Source: an uncultured Methanomassiliicoccales archaeon (GTDB taxonomy: Archaea; Thermoplasmatota; Thermoplasmata; Methanomassiliicoccales; UBA472). From it: a DNA stretch of 64,000 nucleotides. Every line of letters begins with the position of its first letter. Position 1 is the first letter of the stretch. Positions 1 through 11,152 of the stretch are shown here, piece by piece. The notes beneath the pieces are model-generated. The model had not been told where the DNA came from, searched no databases, and saw only the letters and a list, made by a program, of their open reading frames with translations. A program made the translations under genes and the position numbers. Where the stretch lies: assembly GCA_963695345.1 (NCBI GenBank), contig OY968769.1, positions 1,024,001 through 1,088,000 on the forward strand, in the 5' to 3' direction.

Positions 1-30
1 CGTATCGAGGACCACTTTCTGCATGAAGGC

Positions 31-1267
31 CTACTGGATGATGCCGAAGCCGATGAGGCGCCACTTGCCGGTGATCTTCCTCGAAACGGCTACCCGCTGA
101 CCCTTCTCGGCGCAGACCGGTATCTTCAGCGCGACCTCGGACTCGCTTCCCCTGGCGGAAGTGACGACACCGACCGTGGTGGCCGTCCCGACGCTCAGCA
201 TCAGCGGTTCGTTGGTCTTGATGTTCTCCACCGCCAGGTCCTCCGCCGCCCCGACCACGCGCTCCAGAAGGGTGGTGGTCATGACGATCTTGTGCAGCAC
301 TGGCGGCAGCGTGCCTGGCTTCCCGACAACCCGTCCGGTGAGCCCGTCGGACTTGGTCAGGGCCGGGTCCAGCTTGGTCCCGATGGCGATGAGTCCGCCT
401 GGCTTGGCCTTTTGCAGTTCAGTGCCGCCGGCGTGAAGTGATTCGATGGTGGTGATGATCTTTTCCCAGGCGACCTTGCCGCCGGTGAGCTCGACCTTGC
501 GGCCGGGAGCGATCTCGATCTCCTCGCCGATCTCCAGCTTCCCGTGGATGATGCGATCCGCCGAGGACACCGCCCTTCAGCTCTTCCGGGGTGCTACCCG
601 GCTGGTTGATATCGAATGAACGGGCCACGAACATCCTGGCCGGCCCCTTGCCTTCGTGCTTGGGGGTCGGGATGTACTTCTCGATGGCCTCGATGAGCTT
701 GTCGATGTTGACATCGTGGTGCGCGGAGACAGGTATGATCGGCGCGTTCTCGGCGATGGTGCCCTTGACGAACGCCTTGATCTGCCTGTAGTTGTCCAGC
801 GCCTCCTCCCTGGTGACGATGTCGATCTTGTTCTGGACGATGATGATGTTCTCGACGCCGATGATGGACAGCGCCATTAGGTGTTCTTTCGTCTGCGGCT
901 GCGGGCAAGGCTCATTGGCCGCTACCAGCAACAGCGCCCCGTTCATCATGGCCGCGCCTGAAAGCATCGTCGCCATGAGCGTCTCGTGACCTGGTGCATC
1001 TACGAACGACACCGACCGCAGGAACTCGGCCTTTCCGCCGCATTCCTTGCATTCCGGTTTGCTCGTGTATGCCTTCGTGTCACCGCACTTGGGGCATTTG
1101 TAAAAAGATACGTCGGCGTATCCCAGCCTGATCGAGATTCCTCTCTTGATCTCTTCAGAATGACGGTCGGTCCACTCCCCGCTGAGCGCTTTGGTCAGCG
1201 TGGTCTTGCCATGGTCGACGTGACCGATCATGCCGATGTTGATCTCCGGCTGGTGGGCCACACTCAT
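31..1267 (-). CDS. eif2g: Translation initiation factor 2 subunit gamma (one frameshift near 555, probably a sequencing error)
   Basis: [18 protein letters not shown], Zn knuckle and DAPGHE in ORF 419..1267; C-terminal WRLIGFG in ORF 31..570. Confidence 0.95.
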
Positions 1268-1659
1268 TGCTTAGGCTCCTCTTTCTTTATGAGGTCCTCG
1301 ATGGGCTTGGAGCCCTGGGTCGAGATCTTCATGTTGAGCTGAACTGTGTCCGGAGCGATGGTGTTGCCCCTCATGGACTTGCGCCTCCTCAATCCGCCCT
1401 CGGTCGTCTGGAACCCAGTGCTCGTGGCGGTGAGCAGTCTCTTCCTCCTTGGTCCGGGGAGGTCCTTCCTCATCGGGAAGCCGTCCTTGTCACTTCCACC
1501 AGTGATCGCGAGCTTGTAGCCTGGAAGTCCAACGAAGATGCCGTCAACGACATCCCCGATCTTCTTCCCGATCAGGGAGTTGGCGTGGTGGCCGGTAACG
1601 GACACCTGGTACGACTTACCGTTCTTTCCATCATTAATAACGGCTTTAAATTCAACCAT
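1264..1659 (-). CDS. rps6e: 30S ribosomal protein S6e
   Basis: [18 protein letters not shown] motif; overlaps eif2g start. Confidence 0.97.
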   Translation of the reverse strand: MVEFKAVINDGKNGKSYQVSVTGHHANSLIGKKIGDVVDGIFVGLPGYKLAITGGSDKDGFPMRKDLPGPRRKRLLTATSTGFQTTEGGLRRRKSMRGNTIAPDTVQLNMKISTQGSKPIEDLIKKEEPKQ

Positions 1660-1938
1660 ACTAACACCTGTGAGTATCTCGCCCTAATGTAGTTCGCCTT
1701 AAATAACTATTGGTGTCACGAATGGTATATTATTAGCATACGTTGGTAGGACACCAGCAGCTTTTCGGCGACCATTCAAACCGCGCAGGCGACAGGCGCG
1801 GAATGTTATCCGGATGGGATATGATGCACCAGTGATTCTCCCCGAACATATACATTTTCCGCTGGAAAACGTGGTCCGGTACCTGCCCGGAGACCGGAGA
1901 AAAGGATTAACGGCCAGAAAACGGTTAGGTCGGCGATC

Positions 1939-2991
1939 ATGAAGGAAAGCCTTCGTCCCATAGCGGTCGTCATCGTATCCGCCGCGCTGTTCGGAATCAG
2001 CGCACCGTTGGCGAAGTCACTGGTCGAGGGGATGCCCTCGACGGAACTGGCAGGGTTGCTCTATTTGGGCGCGTTCCTTGGCCTGGGTGTCTTTGCGGGA
2101 CTAAGAAGGTTGGCCGGAGCAAAACGATCCTATGAGCCGATCGCCAGAAAGGACGTCAAATGGTTGATCGGTTCGATCGTTTCCGGCGGAATCGTTGCTC
2201 CGATCCTGATGGTCACCGGCCTGACCCTGATCTCCGGTTTCACCGCTTCCCTCCTGCTCAACCTGGAGGGAGTGTTCACCGCCCTGCTGGCAGTGACCTT
2301 GTTCCATCAGAGGGAAGGCAAGAGGCTTTGGGCCGCTCTCCTGATCATGACATTGGCCAGTGTTCTCCTGACCTACGACCCTATGAACGGAATTTTCAGG
2401 ATCGAGGGCTCGTTGTTCCTCATCGGGGCTATGTTGTTCTGGGGCTTGGACAACAATCTTACCCAGAAGATCTCTGGCAAGGACCCGGTCCAAATAACCA
2501 TGACGAAAGGCGCGGTCGCTGGATCCTCATCGATCGCCATAACCTTCCTGATCGGCTCCCAGATGGTTATCGGGAACGGGGTCGTATTTGCCTTGATACT
2601 CGGAGCGTTCAGCTACGGCGTTTCCCTGGTGCTCTTCATTATGGCCCTCGCCAGGCTGGGCTCGGCCAGGACCGCCGCGCTGTTCGCGATCGGACCGTTC
2701 ATCGGAGCAGCGGCCTCCATCCCCCTGCTGGGAGAACCGCTCGAATGGCTCATGCTTCCTGCGGCGATCATGATGGCGATCGCGGTCTGGCTGATAACCA
2801 GGGAGCATCATGTTCACGAACATCGGCACCCGGCGGAAACGCACGCCCATCCCCATGGTCATGACGATCCGCACCATCGACACCATCCGGATGGGGCAGC
2901 AGGGGAGACCCATTCCCATACCCACACCCATGAGGAGACGGTCCATAGCCATGCTCACTGGCCCGACACATCGCACCAACACGAGCACTGA
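1939..2991 (+). CDS. DMT/EamA family transporter with His-rich C-terminal tail
   Basis: About 10 hydrophobic helices in two EamA-like repeats; tail of HxH repeats. Confidence 0.85.
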   Translation: MKESLRPIAVVIVSAALFGISAPLAKSLVEGMPSTELAGLLYLGAFLGLGVFAGLRRLAGAKRSYEPIARKDVKWLIGSIVSGGIVAPILMVTGLTLISGFTASLLLNLEGVFTALLAVTLFHQREGKRLWAALLIMTLASVLLTYDPMNGIFRIEGSLFLIGAMLFWGLDNNLTQKISGKDPVQITMTKGAVAGSSSIAITFLIGSQMVIGNGVVFALILGAFSYGVSLVLFIMALARLGSARTAALFAIGPFIGAAASIPLLGEPLEWLMLPAAIMMAIAVWLITREHHVHEHRHPAETHAHPHGHDDPHHRHHPDGAAGETHSHTHTHEETVHSHAHWPDTSHQHEH

Positions 2992-3074
2992 GACGTTCCT
3001 CTATTCCCTTTGGAAAACACTTATAACCTACGGGCTGCCTTTTTTGCCCAGAAGGGATCGATACGAAAAGGACC

Positions 3075-3797
3075 TTGATACTCCTGGCATCCGCAATCGC
3101 GGTAATTTGCATGATCTTGAGCGCCGCCGCCCCGGCCGTGGCCGATGACCTGATCCATCGAGAGGTCCGTGCAGGAAGTTCGAACATCGCTCTGAACACC
3201 TACGCGGTCATCGGGGAGTTCAGAACCGACCGGGACCCGCTGGTCATCCCGGATATCAGCTATACCGTGTTCACCATCGGCGACAACGGACCGGTGGTCT
3301 ATGACATCCTGCTCATGGACGAGACCAACTATAACAAATACAAGAATCATGAGGCATTCAGTTATATCGCCAACGGGTCCAAGATCGGCCAGAGCGCTCA
3401 ATCGGTAAGCGTGTCCAATCTGGTTCTGGCCAATAACGACCACTTCTTCCTGGTCGCGGACAATACCAATGAGCCTACGGGAGGATCAACTCCGACCCAG
3501 GAGCTTCGCATTGGCTACGTACTGAGCGGCATCAATCTCTCGATCCTGTCGCCATCGGGGAACGTGATCGAATGGTTGCTGATCGCGGCAGTGGCGATCG
3601 CGGTGGTTCTGATAGTGGTTCTGCTGGTCCTGTTCCTGGCCATGAGAAAGAAGGGAAACCAACAGCCGATGGCCGCACCGATCCCTGCGCAACCTGTCAT
3701 AAAGCCGGCGACGGCGGAAGGTAACTGTCCGGTCTGCGGAAAGCCAGTGAGCCCCGACTTCATGATGTGCCCGAACTGTGGGAACCGGCTAAAATGA
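3075..3797 (+). CDS. Single-pass membrane protein with C-terminal zinc ribbon (start uncertain)
   Basis: Signal-like N-terminus, TM helix followed by RKK, terminal CPVC-x10-CPNCGNRLK. Confidence 0.8.
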   Translation: MILLASAIAVICMILSAAAPAVADDLIHREVRAGSSNIALNTYAVIGEFRTDRDPLVIPDISYTVFTIGDNGPVVYDILLMDETNYNKYKNHEAFSYIANGSKIGQSAQSVSVSNLVLANNDHFFLVADNTNEPTGGSTPTQELRIGYVLSGINLSILSPSGNVIEWLLIAAVAIAVVLIVVLLVLFLAMRKKGNQQPMAAPIPAQPVIKPATAEGNCPVCGKPVSPDFMMCPNCGNRLK

Positions 3798-3986
3798 TGG
3801 GAGGGAGCCCTCCCGCATTTTGTTACCATTAGCGGTCAGCATTTCCCAATAGCTGAGAGGTCCATTGAGTGAAACGATTCAACCTGGCGATGAACTAGGC
3901 ATATGGATGTCGAAGGTCTGCTCCCGCTGCCAGAAGGGGGGGCGTTTCGAGGAATGGCACGTGCCTATCCAGATGGGGGCCAGACC

Positions 3987-5737
3987 TCACATTCCCCAGA
4001 AGCGGTCCTTCTTCCGCTTGATCTCAAGCGTCTCTTCCAGGACCATCTTCTCGTCGGCGTTGAGATCGTAGTCGGCAAGACCCTTGACCTCCGACTCCAG
4101 GATGTCGACGTAAAGTACCGTGTCGACGTCGATCTGCCGGCCGACCGTCGGCCCGTCGATGGATATGGCGATCTCCTGGCCGGCGATGCCCTCCTTCAGG
4201 GTGTCCTCGCCATCGCGCAGGCTCTTGATCTTGCCGATCTCGTTCCCCTCCCTGTCGATCAGCTCTCTGACCATTGCGGATGCGTCCGCCGAGCACGCGC
4301 ACACCGACGATGGCCGGCTTGCTTACGCGGAAGACGCAGTTGGGCAGAAGCCTGAACTTTCCCGGAAAGGCGGTGAGGGCACGTTTCTCCAGCTCCGCCT
4401 TGCGCTTCTCCTCTGCGACCCACTTCTGGTAGTCGTCGATGAGGCCATAGACGACGTCGTTCAAGAATATCTTGCCCGGATAGTTGGGCAGCGCCTCCTT
4501 GGCGTCGATGAGCATGTCGATGCTGAAGCCGAGGACGGCACGGTGCAGTTCGTCGTTGTACGCTGAGACCTCGATCAGGTCCCTTCTGGATACATCGCCT
4601 ACCTCGTACTTGCGTATCGGGATGCCGGCCTTGGCGCATTCGAAGGCGAGCGCCTCCAATGAACCGATGGCGTCGGCCTTAATCAGAACGCCGGCGTCGG
4701 CGGTCTCGATGTTCACCTTGGTCTCCTTGGTGATCTCTTCCAGGACCGCTTTCTCATTGCCCTTGATGACTCTCAGCGGTGCACCGGCGATCACGCCGTC
4801 CAGCGACTGGCACATGACCTTGACGCCTGCGGCTGCCGTTACCTCAAGCACCGAGCCGAACTTGTCCCGCGGGTCGCGTATCTCGTCCAGCGGTTTGGGC
4901 TTCAATATGGCCTTGACCTTGGTGATGACCGGCTTGTTCCTGGTCCCGAGCGCTACCGTGTCGCCGCGGTGGAGCGTTCCGGAGTAGAGGATGACATCGA
5001 CCGTTGCCCCCAGGCCCTTCTCCTCCTTGACCTCTAGGATGGTTCCCTTGGCCGGCCCTTCCTCGGTCTTCAGCTCCGCTTCGAGGAAACGCTGGGCCAG
5101 TCCGACCAGCACCAGCAGCAGGTCTGGGATGCCCTCCCCGGTCTTGGCCGAGATGGGGATCAGGGCGATGTTCTTGGTGAAATCCTCGATCCGGTCGTAG
5201 CGGTCGGCGGAGAGCCCTTCCATGGCAAGCCTACCGGATATTTCGTACAGCCGGTTGTTGACGTTCTCCTTGGCATTCTCCGGCTGCTCCTTCTCCGAGA
5301 AGATGAATGGGGTCTTCGGGTGGGATATCCAGCCGTCAACCAGGTCGATCTTGTTGAGGGCGATGATGAAGGGCGTCTTGAAACGCCTGAGGATGTTGAT
5401 CGATTCCAGGGTCTGCGGTTTCGGACCCTCGTTTATGTCGATGACCAGTATGGCGATGTCCGCCAGCGAGCCGCCGCGGGCCCGCAGTGAAGTGAACGAC
5501 GAATGTCCGGGAGTGTCGATGAACAGTAGACCGGGGACGCCGAACTTGCTGCTTCCCCATCAGCTTGGCGCACACCTTCTCGATGTGCTCCAGCGGCACC
5601 TCGGTGGCGCCGATGTGCTGGGTGATGAAACCGGCCTCGCGCGACATGACGGTCGTGCCGCGGATGTAATCAAGCAGGCTGGTCTTGCCGTGGTCGACGT
5701 GACCAAGTACACTGACGATAGGCTGCCTGATGCTCAT
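3987..5737 (-). CDS. infB: Translation initiation factor aIF5B/IF-2 (frameshifts near 5550 and 4265)
   Basis: [41 protein letters not shown] and terminal FWGM across three reading segments. Confidence 0.95.
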
Positions 5738-5863
5738 ATCCAATCGGATTATGGCAAATGTATTTCTATCTTTCTTAGCCCCGGCGGACGGTCGGGATGG
5801 GTTGTTCAAACGTGCCTAAAAAAAGGAATGGAAGAGTGTTGGAAAGAGGTTTGCCAGATCGGT

Positions 5864-6316
5864 TCACTCGAACAGCCAGGAGCTGACGTTGTACTTGTAG
5901 TCCTGGAGCTCGTAGTCGTTGAAGAACAGGTTGATCTCGCGCTTCGCCGATTCCGGGGAATCGGAGCCGTGGATCAGGTTCCTGCCCGTCTGCTGGGCCA
6001 GGTCGCCGCGGATGGTACCGGGTGCGGCGTCCTTGGGGTTGGTCTTGCCCATCATCGTCCTTAGGGTGGCGACGATGTTATCCCCTTCCCAGACCATTAC
6101 GAGCACCGGACCGGAGGTCATGTACTCGATCAGGCCGTTGAAGAAGCCCTTTCCCTTGTGCTCGCCGTAGTGACGCTCAGCCAGTTCCTTCGGGATCCGC
6201 ATGAACTTCATGGCGACCGGCTTGAAGCCCTTGGCCTCGATCCTGCCCAGTATCTCGCCCATGAGCCCGCGCTGGATAGCATCTGGCTTGAGCATGACGA
6301 AAGTGCGCTCGATCAT
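5864..6316 (-). CDS. ndk: Nucleoside diphosphate kinase
   Basis: [26 protein letters not shown]. Confidence 0.98.
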   Translation of the reverse strand: MIERTFVMLKPDAIQRGLMGEILGRIEAKGFKPVAMKFMRIPKELAERHYGEHKGKGFFNGLIEYMTSGPVLVMVWEGDNIVATLRTMMGKTNPKDAAPGTIRGDLAQQTGRNLIHGSDSPESAKREINLFFNDYELQDYKYNVSSWLFE

Positions 6317-6332
6317 CTGGCTCGCCCCGGGA

Positions 6333-6707
6333 TCACGCCTCGGGAGCCTTGGCCTTCGCCTTGGCTTCCTTCGGCTTCTTTTCCTTCTTGGGCTTGGCCT
6401 CGGCTGCCGGGACCACTGCGGTCTCTTCCGGTGCCGGCAGGGCCTTTTGCTCTACCGGTGCCAACGCTGCCTTGGCGGCGGCGTCATCCGCTGCCTTGAG
6501 GTTGCGGGCATCCGTGGCGAGGTTCTTGCGTGCGGCGTAAGCGGCGGTCCAGGTAACCTTCCTGGGGACGCGGCCCATCTCGATCATGTTCTTGGAGCAC
6601 TTGTTGCTGCAGAACAGGAAAGTGGTCCCGTCCTTCTTGACGTACATCTTGCCGGTACCTGGCTCGATCGACGCTCCACAGAAGGTGCATATCTTTTGCT
6701 CTACCAT
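6333..6707 (-). CDS. rpl24e: 50S ribosomal protein L24e with Ala/Lys/Pro-rich extension
   Basis: CTFCG..IEPGTG..FCSNKC..PRKVTWT. Confidence 0.96.
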   Translation of the reverse strand: MVEQKICTFCGASIEPGTGKMYVKKDGTTFLFCSNKCSKNMIEMGRVPRKVTWTAAYAARKNLATDARNLKAADDAAAKAALAPVEQKALPAPEETAVVPAAEAKPKKEKKPKEAKAKAKAPEA

Positions 6708-6725
6708 TTCAAGTCACCGTCCAGT

Positions 6726-6938
6726 TTACCTTATCGATAGCTTGCGAGCCTCTCTCGAGGTCTCCCTTAGCATCAGGATGTCGCCCATGCGCACTGGCCC
6801 CATGATATTTCTGGTGATGATCCTTCCCTTGTCGCGACCGTCTAGTACACGGACCTTGACCTGGGTGGCTTCACCCGTCATCCCGGTGCGGCCGATGATC
6901 TCGACCACTTCCGAGGCGATGCTCTCTTCATCCACCAT
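6726..6938 (-). CDS. rps28e: 30S ribosomal protein S28e
   Basis: [30 protein letters not shown]. Confidence 0.97.
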   Translation of the reverse strand: MVDEESIASEVVEIIGRTGMTGEATQVKVRVLDGRDKGRIITRNIMGPVRMGDILMLRETSREARKLSIR

Positions 6939-6954
6939 GGTTTAGCACCTTACC

Positions 6955-7332
6955 TTACTTCGCTGCCCTGAGCTTCTTGGCGTTCTCGACGAGGTTGTCC
7001 AGTACTGGCTTTCCCTTTCCGGCGTCCAGTATTGCGATGGATGCGGTGGGCTTTTCCAGTCCGCACGCGTTGCCGAGCTCCGCCTTGGATGCCACGTAAA
7101 CGTACGGGACGTTGCGCTCCTCGCACAGGAGGGGCATGTGAGCCAGGATCTCTGGGGGCTGGACGTCCTCAGCCATAACGATAAGGACCGCCTCTCCTCG
7201 CTCGACAAGCTTGGTGACCTCGTTGGTCCCCTTCTTGATCTTGCCGGTGTCGCGAGCAAGCTCGACGACCTCGTAGGCCTTGTCCTGCAGTTCCTTTGTC
7301 ATCTCGAATCTAACGAATGCTGGTTTTGCCAT
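6955..7332 (-). CDS. rpl7ae: 50S ribosomal protein L7Ae
   Basis: KKGTNEVTKLVERG, AEDVQPPEI; SD GAGGTGA upstream. Confidence 0.97.
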   Translation of the reverse strand: MAKPAFVRFEMTKELQDKAYEVVELARDTGKIKKGTNEVTKLVERGEAVLIVMAEDVQPPEILAHMPLLCEERNVPYVYVASKAELGNACGLEKPTASIAILDAGKGKPVLDNLVENAKKLRAAK

Positions 7333-7337
7333 TATTT

Positions 7338-7378
7338 CACCTCATTCGGATGTTAAACATCCTCATCATTCATTGGTA
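7338..7378 (-). promoter_or_regulatory. Tandem kink-turn in the rpl7ae 5' UTR overlapping the Shine-Dalgarno (putative L7Ae autoregulatory element)
   Basis: Minus strand UACC-AAU-GA-AU-GAU-GA-GGAUG-UUUAA-CAUCC-GA-AU-GA-GGUG. Confidence 0.7.
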
Positions 7379-7532
7379 GAATGCGGAATGTGCCAAAGTC
7401 ATGGTGATATTTATAACTTGTCGGCCCAACTGTCGAACAACAGCCAGCATCATGGAATAACTATCTTTTCGATCCTTTGTCCATCATGAGCTAGTCTCCA
7501 TATGTAAGATTGTTGCTTGCCCTTTCGCTTGC

Positions 7533-7940
7533 TTAAGGGGAAAGTTTGTGTCGACCATCCTTGTACTCAGCCAGGACCCGGTAGGCGACCGCTTGGCTGG
7601 CAGTCATAGCCATCATCGCCCCGACCATGACCGCGTCGAACATCTCATCCTCGCTCGCGCCGTACTTATCCGCCTGCTTGAAATGCACCAGTAGGCAATG
7701 CTCCGCGCCGAGCGCCGACCCCGCCGCTATCGCCGCCAGTTCCATGGTCTTCTGGTCCATGAACTTCGGTTTGAACAGAATGGCGCTGGAGAGTTCGGAA
7801 AAAGGGACGAACATGTCCGGTCGCTTGGAAAGCATCTCGGTCACTAAAGGGATCTGACCATAGACCTTCGTTACCCGGTCAAGGATCCTTTGGACACGCT
7901 CATCGCCATTGCGGTTATCCTCGGGGCTATTGTCTACCAT
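7533..7940 (-). CDS. Carboxymuconolactone decarboxylase (CMD/AhpD-like) family protein
   Basis: DQKTMELAAIA..CLLVHFKQADKYGASEDEMFDA pattern. Confidence 0.85.
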   Translation of the reverse strand: MVDNSPEDNRNGDERVQRILDRVTKVYGQIPLVTEMLSKRPDMFVPFSELSSAILFKPKFMDQKTMELAAIAAGSALGAEHCLLVHFKQADKYGASEDEMFDAVMVGAMMAMTASQAVAYRVLAEYKDGRHKLSP

Positions 7941-7982
7941 GATTGATAGAGCGGCTTGATGGAATTAATCCTTTCACATGAA

Positions 7983-8993
7983 TTATTTCTTAAAGTCAAT
8001 CGTTCCTAAACCCTTACGGCCATTCCTTTCGAGTATCCTAAGGAACAGGAACGTGGCCCATCTGGACGGGACCTTCTTCTGACCGAACTCCCAATCTCGA
8101 TAGTCCTGCCAAACCGATCCGGGCACCATCCTTCCATCAGGATCTGCCTTGGAGGACAGGACCGATATCATGTCGACGTACCGGGAATCGTCGATGACGT
8201 CCTGGAAAAGGCTCAGCACGTCGGCGACGTGAAGGATATCATACCACACCAGGGGCGCTTTCACCTTGCGGAAGTCGGTTCCCATATAGAATTGGTATGG
8301 GTGCTTCTCGCGGCTGTTCTCCCACAGGTCGAGCAGGCACTCCGTGCCGAACTTCACTGCATCACAAGAATCTAGGTAGGGAAATTCCGACAAAGCCCCC
8401 AGCGATATCAGGGTGGCGTACGGACAGGGGTCGTCCTTCCTGCCTGGACCCCTGAACTTGCCGATCTCTTTCGATCCCTTGCACATCCAGCCCCTATCGG
8501 ATGAGAGCTCTGCGATCATTTCTGCCGCCTGGAGGACCCGGGAGTCCTTGGCCAGCCCCATCCGGGCCATTGAACTCACCACCATCGGGGCGTCGCAAAT
8601 GACCCAGGCCATCTCCTCGACGCCGGAACCTCCGAAGTGCTTGGGGATCACCATCGGGACCCGGAACTGACCATCCTCCGACATGTTCTCGAAAAGCCGG
8701 TCGGTCGCTATCCTCAAATTCAGGTCATCGACCTTCAGTCCCACATCGGATAGGAATTCCAGGATGTGGATGGGATGCGACGCTGACCGGTGACTGTTGA
8801 GCGGACGCCAAGGCCCCGTCACGGTTGACGCGAGCGATCGGATGTTCGGATCAGACAGCATCTCGGACCGGGCCGCGGCGACCTGCGCATCTGACTCGTC
8901 CAGGTGAAGGAGGTCGAGCATGGTCCGATACCTCACATACGGAGGTCCTTCCATCAGCCATTCGACCGTTCCTTTATCGATCATGTGCATCAT
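7983..8993 (-). CDS. Conserved hypothetical protein, prenyltransferase/squalene-cyclase-like helical fold
   Basis: WLMEGPPYVRYRT, GWMC, CPYATL, PSRWAT motifs recalled from this family. Confidence 0.6.
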   Translation of the reverse strand: MMHMIDKGTVEWLMEGPPYVRYRTMLDLLHLDESDAQVAAARSEMLSDPNIRSLASTVTGPWRPLNSHRSASHPIHILEFLSDVGLKVDDLNLRIATDRLFENMSEDGQFRVPMVIPKHFGGSGVEEMAWVICDAPMVVSSMARMGLAKDSRVLQAAEMIAELSSDRGWMCKGSKEIGKFRGPGRKDDPCPYATLISLGALSEFPYLDSCDAVKFGTECLLDLWENSREKHPYQFYMGTDFRKVKAPLVWYDILHVADVLSLFQDVIDDSRYVDMISVLSSKADPDGRMVPGSVWQDYRDWEFGQKKVPSRWATFLFLRILERNGRKGLGTIDFKK

Positions 8994-9011
8994 TGCTCCT
9001 TGTGATGTTGC

Positions 9012-9983
9012 TCAGAACACGTGCAGGTCATCCTTGTCGTGGTGCATCTTCATCTCTTCCTGCTTGAATATCGCGCAAACCGGCTCCTCGATCTCATGAC
9101 CATAGTTGCGATACCACTTCTCGCACAGCCAGCGCTGCAATGTCTTGATGTCGTCGTCATTCATGTGGCGGAAGCGCCCCTGCAGCCTGAGATAGTCGCT
9201 CACCGGCAGCATTTTCTTCGGCTTGTAGGTGGTGCGGGACACGCTCTCCTCATACTCGAACAACGTCCACATGCCTGTCTCCACGGCGAGCTTGGCGATC
9301 TCCATGGTCATCGCTGATTCATATTTCCAGCCGGGGACGCATGGCGTCAGTATGTGCAGGAAACGGAACCCGGACATTTGCTTGGCCTTGTCCACCTTCC
9401 TCACGAAATCGTTGAAATGGGCGATCGACAGGGTGGCCGCGTAGGGCGGGTCATGCGCCTCCACGATCTTCATCAGGTCCTTCTTGAACGTTCTCTTCCC
9501 CTGCACCTTGCTGCCCACCGGCGAGGTCGTGGTCCAGGCGCCGAACGGAGTGGACGAGGAACGCTGTATACCAGTGTTCATGAACGCCTCGTTGTCCACG
9601 CAGACATATACGATGTCCTCGTTCCGGTCGAGCGCGCTGGATAGCGCCTGAAGACCGATATCGAACGTCCCGCCGTCACCGGCGATGCCGACCACGATCG
9701 ATTTCTTTCCCCGGCGGCGGTATGCCGCCTTGATCCCGGTGGTAACAGCGCCGGTGTTCTCGAACGCGGTGAAGAAAAAAGGCGTCCGGAATGAGGATAT
9801 GGGATACTGGGCGCTGAAAACAACGGCACAGCTGGCCGGAATGTATACCGTGGTATCAGGGCCGAGTATGCGCATCACGTTCTTGATGGCGATGGCGACC
9901 CCGCAGCCGGGACAGGCGCCGTGTCCGCTCACGAAGAACTCGTTACGCTTTATGTCCTTGAGCCCGTGCATCTCCTCCATCAC
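9012..9983 (-). CDS. porB: 2-oxoacid:ferredoxin oxidoreductase beta subunit
   Basis: GHGACPGCG; TPP motif GDGGTFDIG..DNEAFMNTGIQRS; substrate not determinable from sequence. Confidence 0.9.
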   Translation of the reverse strand: MMEEMHGLKDIKRNEFFVSGHGACPGCGVAIAIKNVMRILGPDTTVYIPASCAVVFSAQYPISSFRTPFFFTAFENTGAVTTGIKAAYRRRGKKSIVVGIAGDGGTFDIGLQALSSALDRNEDIVYVCVDNEAFMNTGIQRSSSTPFGAWTTTSPVGSKVQGKRTFKKDLMKIVEAHDPPYAATLSIAHFNDFVRKVDKAKQMSGFRFLHILTPCVPGWKYESAMTMEIAKLAVETGMWTLFEYEESVSRTTYKPKKMLPVSDYLRLQGRFRHMNDDDIKTLQRWLCEKWYRNYGHEIEEPVCAIFKQEEMKMHHDKDDLHVF

Positions 9984-11152
9984 ATATCACCCCTTAGGTC
10001 ATGCCAGTAGACATCACGTTCCGGTGCCTTCACCATGCTGTCCTCGATCACCCGGAACACCTTTTCCAGCACTTCCGGAGTCAGGTCCCTGCCGCCCAGT
10101 CCGGCGATGTGGTCGGTCAAAGGCAGCCCGGTCCCGTAGACCGCGTTCCTCACCTCGGTGAACACCGGCCCGAAGGCGTTGAACGAAACGGACCGATCGA
10201 AGACCCCCAGCGCTTTGAGCCCCGACACCGCCTCGAGCAGCTCCTCTCGCGGAAATGGCCTCATGAAACGCAACCGTATCAGGCCGACCTTCTTGCCCTC
10301 CGCCCTCAGCCGGTCCACCACCAGGCGGGTCGTGGTGGCGGCCGTCCCGATCGCCACCAGGGCATACTCCGCCCCATCCATGCGGTACAGGTCCAGAAGG
10401 TCGCCGTAGGATCTCCCGAACCGTTTTCCGAAGTCGATGTCGATCTCCTTGATCACGTTCTTCGCCGAATCGATGGCCCGGTCCAGCTGGTACCTCATCT
10501 CGGTGGCGTACTCCGGCGGGCATATGGGGTTCATCACGATGGGATCGTCCGGGTCCAGCACGTTGAGGGGGGCGAATTTCGGCAGGAACGCGTCAACCGC
10601 CGCCTGATCGGGGATGTCGACGCGCTCCACGGTATGCGAGAGGATGAATCCGTCTAGGCATATCATGACCGGGAGCATCACCCGGTGGTCCTCGGCCAGG
10701 CGGAAGGCCTGCAGGGTCATGTCCAGCGCCTCCTGGTTGTTCTCCACATAGCACTGCAGCCAGCCCGACTCCCGTTCGGGCATCGAATCATTGTATTCCA
10801 GCCAAATGCCGGCCGCGGCGCCGAGTGAACGGTTGGCATTGGCCATCACGATTGGCAAACGGATCTGGGGAGCCGCGTAGAGCATCTCGTGCATCAACGC
10901 CAGTCCCTGCGAGGCGGTGGCGGTGAAAGTCCTCACGCCGCCGGCGCTGGCCCCGACCGCCACGCTCATCACGCTATGTTCGCTCTCGACCGGGATGAAG
11001 TCCGCATCCATTTCTCCATTGTTAACGAACTCGGCGATCTCTTCCACGATCAACGTCTGCGGCGTGATCGGAAATGCCGGAACGACCTCAACCCGGGCCA
11101 GTCTGGCGCCCCATGCCACCGCGTGATCCCCGCTGATGACCTTCACTACCAT
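9980..11152 (-). CDS. porA: 2-oxoacid:ferredoxin oxidoreductase alpha subunit
   Basis: FPITPQT, ESEHS, TATASQGLALMHE, GLGGRD. Confidence 0.9.
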   Translation of the reverse strand: MVVKVISGDHAVAWGARLARVEVVPAFPITPQTLIVEEIAEFVNNGEMDADFIPVESEHSVMSVAVGASAGGVRTFTATASQGLALMHEMLYAAPQIRLPIVMANANRSLGAAAGIWLEYNDSMPERESGWLQCYVENNQEALDMTLQAFRLAEDHRVMLPVMICLDGFILSHTVERVDIPDQAAVDAFLPKFAPLNVLDPDDPIVMNPICPPEYATEMRYQLDRAIDSAKNVIKEIDIDFGKRFGRSYGDLLDLYRMDGAEYALVAIGTAATTTRLVVDRLRAEGKKVGLIRLRFMRPFPREELLEAVSGLKALGVFDRSVSFNAFGPVFTEVRNAVYGTGLPLTDHIAGLGGRDLTPEVLEKVFRVIEDSMVKAPERDVYWHDLRGDM

